Below, in pieces: positions 12,170 to 20,000 of a stretch of DNA of 20,000 bases (position 1 is the first letter of the stretch; each line of letters starts with the position of its first letter). The notes beneath the pieces are model-generated. The model did not search any database. It was not told where the DNA came from and saw only the letters and a program-made list of their open reading frames with translations. Both the position numbers and the translations under genes were made by a program. The DNA is from Folioceros fuciformis (lineage: Eukaryota): assembly GCA_049999805.1 (NCBI GenBank), contig JBNGIO010006380.1, positions 307,085-327,084 on the forward strand, given 5' to 3'.

Positions 12170-14030
12170 AGAATGTCTTTGTCTCATCCAAGGCTGATGA
12201 CACTCATATTCTTGGGCAACGAGTCACACCAAGTACAGTCAAAGCAGCATTTGATTTCTTTTCGTCAAAGCTCTCTAAGGTGGGGTTGAGGGTTAAGCTA
12301 TCTAAATGCAGGGTTTGGTCCCTTTCATGCATCTCTCCCCCTCGTCAATATTCAGGGGGTGGATATTGCCTCCTTGCAAGAACTTTGAGTCTTGGTTGTT
12401 CATGTTACATATGTAAGAATATGTTCTTTGTTCATAGGATTGTGGTTGTTGGCTGAAGATTTGGCTCATATCATGAACCTCTTACAAATGACCCTTGGGT
12501 TGTGTTTGGTATTCTTTCTTCTTGTTTTTTGCAGTGACCAGGTTACCTCACTAGAACTGTTACGCCTTCTTCAATTTTCTTATCAAGTCTCGAGAAGTTC
12601 GATTACCAAGTTATGCAGCTCTTGGGACATAATAGGTCCAGGCACCTTCGAGTGTGTCGTCGGTGATTTGGCTTGGAAGCAGGCTTTCCTATTGGTCGCC
12701 TTTAGAGGGGTTGGCCTTTTGGCCATAGAGGCCTCTGCCCCAACTACCTTTCTTGGTAGGTGTGTCCTCTTTGGCCTCTCGCTTTTTGCTACAAGATTCC
12801 CTACTTCTTGAAGGCTTTATCTCAGGTGTTGAGGAGGGTGTTTTCCCTTTATAGGTATCACTTAGACAAGCGAGGGATTCTTTACCTTTGGAGGCTTGTG
12901 AGGCTCTACCTCCTTTCACCTCCTTTTCTAGGGAAGGGTTGAGAGGTCTCCAAGCTGCCCTCCTAGAAAAGCAATGTGGCCAAACACTAAGAGCCCTTCT
13001 TTCGGACTCATCAATCCCTAGGTATTCTCGGGCTCAGATTTGCTCTTGTTCAGGTAAAGGAGTCTGCTCTTTGCTTTTGGCTCGATCTTGCTTCCAGGCA
13101 TTTTGAATCACACCAGCAACTTTCGTCACCACTGTGAGATTTCGCTTAAGTTTGGTCGACCCCTTGGCTTTTTCTCTCTCTACATGCAGTTATGGGGTTG
13201 TCATTGTCGATATAGGGTCCCATGTAGCACACTATCCTATTGAGGGGCACCACATTGCTACCCATGATGTAGTTCGAGATGTCATGTTCTCAATGGCTAG
13301 GGAGTGTGAGTTACCGTGTAGGGAGCGTCCATATTCTTTGTGCAACGAGGTTTCACTTAGAGGTAACCTTTTTTTCGCTAGGTGGGAACAAATGTGTGTG
13401 GCTGATGTGGTTGTTACAAATCCCACTAGAAATTGGATCTACGAGCACGTCACCATCAATCTCCTTGGATGAGCGGCGGAGTGTTGTGCAAGCACTAAAG
13501 TCCATATTCTCCCTTACAAAACAGGCATACTTTCATCCCCCTTGCTCTTGAGACTCATGGGCCTATGGGTAAGGGCTTTCAAGGTTCATTAAGTAGTGCG
13601 CCAAGGTTTATCATAGTCATAAGAATAGTGTTTTCCCTCTTTCCTCTGTGATGGCCTTCTTCTGACAATGCGTATCCATTGCTTTGCAACATTGCTTTGC
13701 AAAGAGCACTGGCCAAAGCAATTTTTAGAAGAGCAACAAGCACAAGTGAAGCGGCTTCTTTGGCACCGGTGGTAGGTAGGCCTTTCTTTATTCCACATCA
13801 TGATATTTTGGGAACAATAGGTAGTTTTTGAGAATGGGCTACTACTTTTTTTAGCCTTTGGCCCTACTCGAGTTGTTTCTTAACTACTTTTTTTAGCCTT
13901 TGGCCCTACTCGAGTTGTTTCTTAATCTTTGGAGTTTCTTAATAACTTTTTGTAGCCTTTGGCCCTACTAGAGTTGTTTCTTAATCTTTGGAGTAGATGT
14001 GTCTTTCTATTTCTTTTTCAATAATAGAAA
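12170..14030 (+). mobile_element. Degenerate, 5'-truncated non-LTR retrotransposon with a restriction-like endonuclease (CRE-like clade): RT C-terminal half, CCHC remnant, RLE and repeat-containing 3' tail
   Basis: Collinear + strand fragments broken by stops and frameshifts: ADDTHILG...LSKVGLRVKLSKCRVWS (RT catalytic DD at about 12196); QAFLLVAFRGVGLLAIEASAPTTFLG (thumb, LPxxxGGLG-like); RFRLSL...TCSYG...SHVAHY...HDVVRDV (decayed CCHC plus RHD-like motif); RGNLFF...ADVVVTNP (RxD..D RLE); FIPLALETHGPMG; and VSIALQ/RALAKAIFRR, with the stop at 13829-13831. Boundaries are approximate. Confidence 0.8.
13841..13999. repeat. 42-bp tandem repeat (2 perfect copies plus 1 diverged) in the retroelement 3' tail
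   Basis: actactttttttagcctttggccctactcgagttgtttctta at 13841-13882 and 13883-13924; a diverged copy at about 13945-13994. Confidence 0.92.
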
Positions 14031-14122
14031 ATACTCTTTCACTAATGCCTCGAATATCATTCCTACTACTGCCCGTTTCCAATGAAGTCACCAAACCCAC
14101 ACTTGGTTGATTGTTCCACACA

Positions 14123-14264
14123 ACTTGGGATTGGAGGAACAACTTAGCACAACCACGCATACTCGGGATTGGAGGAACAACTAAGCACAACCACACATAC
14201 TTGGGGATTGGAGGAACAACGGAGCACAACCACACATACTCGGTATTGGAGGAACAACTGAGCA
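14123..14264. repeat. 38/39-bp minisatellite, about 3.7 copies
   Basis: Unit act(t/c)gggattggaggaacaactaagcacaaccacacat starting at 14123, 14161, 14199 and 14238 (partial). Confidence 0.93.
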
Positions 14265-14293
14265 GGGCCAAAGGCCAAAGTCTCATCTACTCT

Positions 14294-14379
14294 TAAGATA
14301 AGAGAAGTGCTGGTCCTAAGATAAGACAAGTGCTGGTCCTACGATAAGAGAAGTGCTGGTCCTAAGATAAGAGAAGTGC
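14294..14379. repeat. 23-bp minisatellite, about 3.7 copies
   Basis: Unit taagataagagaagtgctggtcc starting at 14294, 14317, 14340 and 14363 (partial). Confidence 0.93.
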
Positions 14380-14445
14380 CAAGCAGGCCAAAAGGGTCTA
14401 TTCCTTTGGAACATTATTTTTCCAAGTGTTAGGAGGTTTCCCAAG

Positions 14446-14477
14446 CCCAACTAGATAAAGACCCAACTAGATAAAGA
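14446..14477. repeat. 16-bp perfect tandem duplication
   Basis: cccaactagataaaga at 14446-14461 and 14462-14477. Confidence 0.85.
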
Positions 14478-14849
14478 AAGAAACTAAGGAGTCTAACAGC
14501 TTAGGCATAAGTATGTAGCCAACAACACAAGCCCTTAACTAAGGTATATTCCCTGGCCATGCCCATAGCCTTATGAAGATGAAGGCATGGTGAAGGACAT
14601 GCATGATAACAAACATTAGCTGATGGATAGTCTATACTTTAGAGACTCAGTCAACTCCTTCACCCCTCTACCACAGCAATATCTGCCACCATTACGCCCA
14701 CATCCATCCTATACCTCTACCTCAAGATGGCTTTCACCATAGTGCTCATAGGGCTTTATCATAGTGCGCATCTTTGGCATCGTTGGTGACCTCCTCTTTT
14801 CTAATCTGAGTAGTGGTCAGAACTTTGCCTTCGATCGTTCATGTTGCCA

Positions 14850-15513
14850 GAGCTCGTTGTGGAATACACTCACTTCGCAAAGGGCCTCCCTCACCTGAGC
14901 TCTCATACTCGTAGCCAGGTCTTGGACATCCACTTTCACAGGATGACTGCAGACTGCGGACAACTGGCCTGCGATCTAGTCAGGCGGCTGGATTTGCAAG
15001 GACTAGAGATTCAACGTAAGCAATTAACGGAAGATGTTAAGCGTGTAATGCAACACTCCTTGTGGAACGTAGAAAGAAGCGTCAGGAGGGGAGATGTATC
15101 ACCAACGGGGAGTGCTTTCTAGATGTGTTGAGGAAGGGAAATGAAATTCGAAGACGAGATGCAGGGATTGTGTTCGGTAAAATGCAGAGCATTCCAGCAA
15201 CTCTGCTAGATAGCTACAGAAATTACGCACAGCTATAAGTATGCTGGGCAGTGGCCTCACCTGGCTGGTACTTCGTACTAGGATGTGGTTGGTGCTGGGA
15301 CAGATCGTCAGTCAAGGCAGGCCAATGGACCAGAGCGTGCCTCGTTCGCTACCCTACTGTGGCGGCCAGAGTTCATGCATGAAAAGCTGGACAGTGTGGT
15401 GGTGTCGGAGACTTGACTTCCGAAATCTGCCATACATACAGGTCAGATTGCTTATCCAGCTGACCAGAGGGAATATTCAGTAGTAGAAGAAACGAGTCTA
15501 CCTGTTGACACAA
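14850..15513 (+). pseudogene. Inverted partial duplicate (pseudogene) of the adjacent cytochrome P450, from the end of exon 3 through intron 5
   Basis: Aligns to the reverse complement of about 16102-16850. Example: ggcggctggatttgcaaggactagagattcaacgtaagcaattaacggaagat versus ggtggctggatttgcaaggcatagagaagcaatgtaagcaacttgcggaagat. It retains intron 4 (ttcg|gtaaaatg...tag|gatgtggttggtgctgggacagat = DVVGAGTD), aatctgccatacatacag|gt, and the 3' part of intron 5. It has several frameshifts, and the intron-5 acceptor is mutated from AG to AA. The left boundary is uncertain. Confidence 0.88.
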
Positions 15514-15550
15514 TTTCTGTGCACGAGACTCCTGCAAAGAAGGTACCGCT

Positions 15551-17788
15551 TTATGAATATAAGCTGGCAGGGGGTCTGGGCGTGGCAACTGCTATAAGCG
15601 GCCTCTTCATGTGCGCACTCAGGGCAAAAGCCTGGCTAAAGTCCATCTCCTCCACGGGTTGACCATCAGGAAGGCTCCACTGGAATGCATGAAGCAACGT
15701 TGCCACACTGAAAGTCACGGAGGTCGAGCCTAACAGAGCTCCAGGGCACCTGCAGTGGAACACAAATTCCGAGTTTTCAGTGATCTCTGTCGTTAGACTG
15801 GAAATGCAGTGGGGACAGACAATACGAGCAGAGCTTGCACAGACCCTCGTCGACCACTTCCGAAGGGAAGGAACCGAAAGTCTTTGCCGAATTCGCTAAT
15901 GTCTTGTTCCAGGAACCTTTCAGGTCTGAACTCCAAGGGCTTGTCCCAGTGGAGTTCGTCCGACATCACAGCCAACATGTTTATGAATAGTTGAGTGTTG
16001 GCAGGTACTCTGTAGCCGGCTACAACAACTTCTTTGAGGCTGTTGTGAGGCAACCCTAGAGGTGCAACAGGCCGCAGTCTTCGAGCTTCCTTCGTTACTG
16101 CCTGTATCAACAAGTACTCTTGTTTCTTCTGAAGTAGAACATTTCGCCTAGCCAGCTAAGATCAGGGTGGGGGTGAGTATGATGCACAAAGTCTTAGCCC
16201 TGACTAGGGGATCTCTCACCTGTATGTATGGCAGATTTGGGATATCCGTCTCTGAAACTCGTCTTGCTTGGCCCACCACTCTGTCCAGCTCTTCATGAGC
16301 TTTGGCCTGCATCTGGGGGTAGCGGACGAGGTACGCCATGGTCCATTGGCTAGACTTGGCTGCTGTGTCTGTCCCCGCCCCAATCAGTTCCTTATACCAA
16401 AGTACCAACCAGGGTGAGGCCAGAGCTGAGTATATCTATAGCTGTGAGGTAATTCTGCAGCTAGCTACCAGATTTGCTAGACACCCGTGGCATCTTACCG
16501 AACACAACCCCAGCATTTCCTCGTCTGACAACTTCCTGTCACCTTCCAGCGACAGCAACACATCCAGAAAGCACTCCCGGTTATGTGTCCCTTCCTGACG
16601 CTTCTTTCTGCGTTCCACAAGCAGCGGTGGCATCACCTGCTTCAGATCTTCCGCAAGTTGCTTACATTGCTTCTCTATGCCTTGCAAATCCAGCCACCTG
16701 ATGGATCACAGCCAGATTCCGGCTTCAACACCATTTTATGAAAGCGAACATCGAAGAACCGGCTGCGAACACAAGGAGGTATGACCTTACCTCAGAGAGG
16801 GTATTACATCTGCGATGTTGAACTTGCTAACGATGGCCTCATATCCCACCGTGACCTTCTCGTTGTAGCCTTTGAGTTCCTCAACAACCTGCCCGTTGGG
16901 ATGCATGTACCGTTTGCCGTAAATCATTCGGAACATGCTATTCATGCTGAATTCATACACGAGTCGGAGAAGATCCAGTCCGATCCCTGTCTCAGATCGA
17001 AATACTATCTTCAGCACGCTTGAAAGTCAGGACACTCATGCTGAAAGATAATAGTTCTCCAAAAGGGACCCACAAAATATCCAAGGGTTGCAGGATGGAC
17101 AACAGGCTCACCGGACTCTTGCGAACGCGACACCGAGGTTATCATGGCAGCTGCTTCCTCTTCTCTGATATACCTGAAGTCTTTCATCCGAGGGGCACCC
17201 AGGAGCTCAGTGTTCAGCATTTTCCGCCACAGCTTGGATTTGTCTGTTGTGGGATAGAAAGCAAGGCCCTTGCCGAAGTTAAGATACTCCCCAAGCATCA
17301 TGTCCGGTCGAGAGGCGAAGTCGGCATCGTGTACCGTGAAGATTTCCTTTGCCATCTGAAAGTACAATCGAAGCAAACAGTTCGAATTAACAAGTCGCCG
17401 CTTGCCATTCAGTGACCTGGGCCAAGATTGAGAATGCAATGTTCATGAAAAAGCGGTCTACAGCCCGCAAAGTTTACCTTGTGCACAGCTAGAAAAGTAC
17501 CTCAACATTGGAGACGACGAGTGTGGAACGTGATCCGAGCCTCAAGTACATCAATGGCCCATAGCGTTTAGCAAGCCTCCAAAAAGCGAGAGGAGGTTCC
17601 GATCCTATGAGAAACATGCTGCCCACTACGGGCCAGTTGAAAGGTCCTGGAGGAAGAGGCAGCTTCTTCCCTTCATACCTCTTCCAAATGGCCACCAGCG
17701 CCACGGCAATAGAGGCGATTGTGAGAATGGTGGCAGAATGAAACCCGTCAACCAGCGTCCCAGGGAGGACGTCGCTCAGGAATGACAT
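15551..17788 (-). CDS. Cytochrome P450, CYP71 clan (A-type), 7 exons, 517 aa
   Basis: Predicted exons: 17788-17501, 17355-17112, 16986-16791, 16697-16499, 16390-16220, 16101-15845, 15749-15551 (1,554 nt, in frame). Motifs: N-terminal membrane anchor, [12 protein letters not shown] hinge, FASRP, WxxxxK C-helix, I-helix AGTDT, K-helix EARR, FRPERF and heme-binding [11 protein letters not shown]. Confidence 0.93.
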
Positions 17789-18434
17789 CTTGAGCACGCC
17801 CCGTCCTTCCTTCCCTGCAGAATAGTCTGGACCACGACAAGCGATGGATGTGCCCCCAACTCAGTTTCACGTCCAGCGGCAGCTAATGTGATCTATCATT
17901 TGTGTCCGCTCGTCTAGCCAGTGAGAGAGTGAAGAGTAACTCGCAATTTTTCAAGGCACAAACCATGCCCGGGACAACAAGGACCATAGGTTGCTCATCC
18001 ACGGATGATATGCGGTGACATGATCCTGCGTCACCTTCATCATAAAGCAAGCAATAGCGCAGAATGCTAATCCAAATACCCTGCCAACATTTGGTTGGGT
18101 GGATTGTCAATTCAACCTACTATAGGCCATTGCAAGATAGGTGACGCTTTGCTACTGATTCAATTTTGTACAGAGCCAGATGCCTTCAAAGTCTTAGGCT
18201 ACATCCTAAGCCTAACAAAATTCAAATACGCCCAATGACATGCTGTCCCCCAGGAATCTCAGTCTGGAGAGATTGTGAGGCAACTGTGACACTGCCAGGC
18301 CCTGGACGGATGATATACTTGGATGGAGTGCTGCTAACGTGGCTTCCACATGGACTACATGCATCACCCTACGTGTATGAAACTCTAGCCCAGCCTGAGG
18401 CGAGAATGAGTAGCTCCCACTCCGACTGCATTTA

Positions 18435-18977
18435 TCAATCTTCAACAGAAGCCCTCTCTTTTCTCCTCCGATGGACATCCCAGTTGAACACTCGAGCAAT
18501 AGTGACCTCAGTTATCGTGACCTGGTCCCGCAAAAAATGCAAGTCCTCGTTGATAGAAATCAGGCTGGCATTAGCGTTTTCCAGATTCTTCTCCAAGAGA
18601 CTCTGGGCCTCCGCGCAGGAGTACTCTAGCATCACGTTCGCCCCAAGCCAGAGGCAAAGCGAGTCCGTCTTGTCTAACACAGCCTGCGAGTAGATCCCCT
18701 CAGCCACCTCATAATCCACCGTCATCTCCTGGCTGGAGTCCTGCTGCTGGCGCAGCTGCCCGACAATTTCCAGGCACTTCTTGATATCCGGAATCTTGGA
18801 CTGCAAATCCCGCTTCTGTCCCAGCAGTTTGATCTCCACCAGCTTGTACTGTTGCAGCTTGTCTTGCAACGTGCTCAGAGCGGTGGCCGCGTTCGAGCCT
18901 GTCTCGGCAAGAAAAGCCTCCACATCCTGTACAAACCGAGCCGCAGGGATGCCCCTCTTCTCCGACGACGACGCCAT
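18435..18977 (-). CDS. PFD3: Prefoldin subunit 3 (VBP1/PFD3), intronless, 180 aa
   Basis: [23 protein letters not shown]...[32 protein letters not shown]...[28 protein letters not shown]...[28 protein letters not shown] carries the diagnostic prefoldin-3 motifs. ATG at 18977; TGA at 18437-18435, followed by TAA. Confidence 0.95.
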   Translation of the reverse strand: MASSSEKRGIPAARFVQDVEAFLAETGSNAATALSTLQDKLQQYKLVEIKLLGQKRDLQSKIPDIKKCLEIVGQLRQQQDSSQEMTVDYEVAEGIYSQAVLDKTDSLCLWLGANVMLEYSCAEAQSLLEKNLENANASLISINEDLHFLRDQVTITEVTIARVFNWDVHRRRKERASVED

Positions 18978-19358
18978 CTCCTGGCCCAGACTCTGTTCCC
19001 CACAGGACCTCGATGCTCGCTTGTCTTCGAAACGCAAGTATTCGCCTCCCACTAGACCTAAATTGTCTCGACACTTCCTCTTGACGACACGGCCGCCTCT
19101 AGTGCCTTCAAGCTCTTTGCTCCAGGTTACGGCCGGCACGCCTGCTGCAAGCGCCTCAGCAGCTAATTAGGAGCTCGTCGCGGCTCCGACGCTGCGGGTG
19201 AGCTGTGCTTGAGCTTCGTTAGGTCATGTGGCAGTGAACCTCGTATCTCCTTGGTGCTTTCGCGAGATTCCACACTGCTGGTCTGTTTTTGAACTTCGGA
19301 TTGTCCTGTTGTAGTCTGCAGCCAGCTAGGTAGCGGATGCACCTCACTCTTCGGAGCC
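18978..19358. promoter_or_regulatory. Probable bidirectional promoter and 5' UTRs shared by PFD3 (-) and the SR45a-like gene (+)
   Basis: Only 381 bp separate the two divergent start codons. Inferred from the geometry; no specific element was identified. Confidence 0.5.
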
Positions 19359-20000
19359 ATGGTAAGCATTTGTGAGTCGCGTGGCAGCTTTAGGGCTGTT
19401 GTCTGAATTGGTTCACGACCGTTCTTGTGACCGGACCTCGTCATCGGACCTGATGTGCGTCTGCGTATCGTGGGTGATTGCAGGCGAAATCTCCTCCGGC
19501 TAAGGAAAGGTCTGTGAGGAACCTGCTATGTGGCTCGTGCAACCACAGTTGCCCCTCTGCATTTCATTCCTTGAGTGTTGGCAGCTATGTGTAGGAGTGC
19601 CTGCCGGTTCTCACTCCTGGTTTGGAGTCTAGTGGAGAATGCACGTTATGGAGGCGTTTGCTCTTTGCCAGCGCCCTCCCTAGGTGAACCCTTTGTCTTA
19701 ATCTGTGCAGGTATTCAAGCTCTCTCTCACCAGAACTGGAGAAAAACAATGAGAGTCAGTCGGAGAAGGAGCGTCAGGATCGGTCGGAGGGAGAGTACCG
19801 AAGTCGGTCACGCTCTTTCAGCCCTGGCCCACGGTAGGCAGAATTATGTCAGCTGTTGTGCCATTGCTATCCAGAATCATTCTCACCTCTAAACTGCGAT
19901 CCTTCTTGATAAAAATGCTGACTCTGTTAGTTCGGTGCTACTCATAGAGGGGAGCGAGGTGCTTCGAGAGGTGGTGAGCGAGGTGGTCTGAGAGCTGGCG
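19359..20000 (+). CDS. 5' part of a probable SR-like splicing factor (SR45a/Tra2-like RS/RGG protein), running off the right edge
   Basis: Predicted exons: 19359-19361 (gccATG|gtaagc), 19484-19509 (ttgcag|...AG|gtctgt), 19711-19833 (gtgcag|...CG|gtaggc) and 19948->20000 (ctcatag|). Phases 0/2/2 are consistent. The product is MAKSPPAKERYSSSLSPELEKNNESQSEKERQDRSEGEYRSRSRSFSPGPRGERGASRGGERGGLRAG. This resembles the MAxSP..R|YSxSxSP N-terminus of plant Tra2/SR45a-like proteins; no RRM lies within the window. Confidence 0.7.

Noticed and set aside
13841-14379. Clustered 23-42 bp direct repeats as a CRISPR array
   Set aside because: The units are directly adjacent with no unique spacers, there are no cas genes, and the context is eukaryotic; they are minisatellites.
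14785-14850. GDLLFSNLSSGQNFAFD as a second RLE endonuclease motif
   Set aside because: It is too short, has no supporting flanking motifs, and may instead be the decayed continuation of the P450 duplicate.
18978-19139. 54-aa N-terminal extension of prefoldin 3 in the ORF track
   Set aside because: It starts at a non-ATG codon, and homology begins at the ATG at 18977.
19575-19892. 105-aa ORF MLAAMCRS...
   Set aside because: It has a non-ATG start and spans predicted introns; the plausible coding exon 19711-19833 is in a different frame.

Overview
Compact, gene-dense eukaryotic land-plant DNA with many short GT-AG introns of about 80-290 nt. A seed-free plant such as a hornwort is my guess, which is inference only. 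From left to right the window holds: the 5' coding exon of a Brittle1 (BT1)-type adenine nucleotide carrier (-); a complete 9-exon MOS1/BAT2_N (PRRC2-like) gene (-, about 1,984 aa, with a 100-N assembly gap in the last exon); a decayed, 5'-truncated CRE-like non-LTR retrotransposon (+) followed by three related minisatellites; an inverted, pseudogenised partial copy of the neighbouring P450 (+); an intact 7-exon CYP71-clan cytochrome P450 (-); an intronless prefoldin subunit 3 gene (-); and, head-to-head with it, the micro-exon-split 5' end of an SR45a/Tra2-like gene (+) that the ORF track misses. The most notable structure is the inverted P450 duplicate. It begins only about 37 bp after the P450 stop codon, so the P450 3' UTR probably carries an antisense copy of the gene's own exons 3-5 and could fold back. 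No prokaryotic-type system such as CRISPR is present. All exon boundaries and alignments were made by eye.
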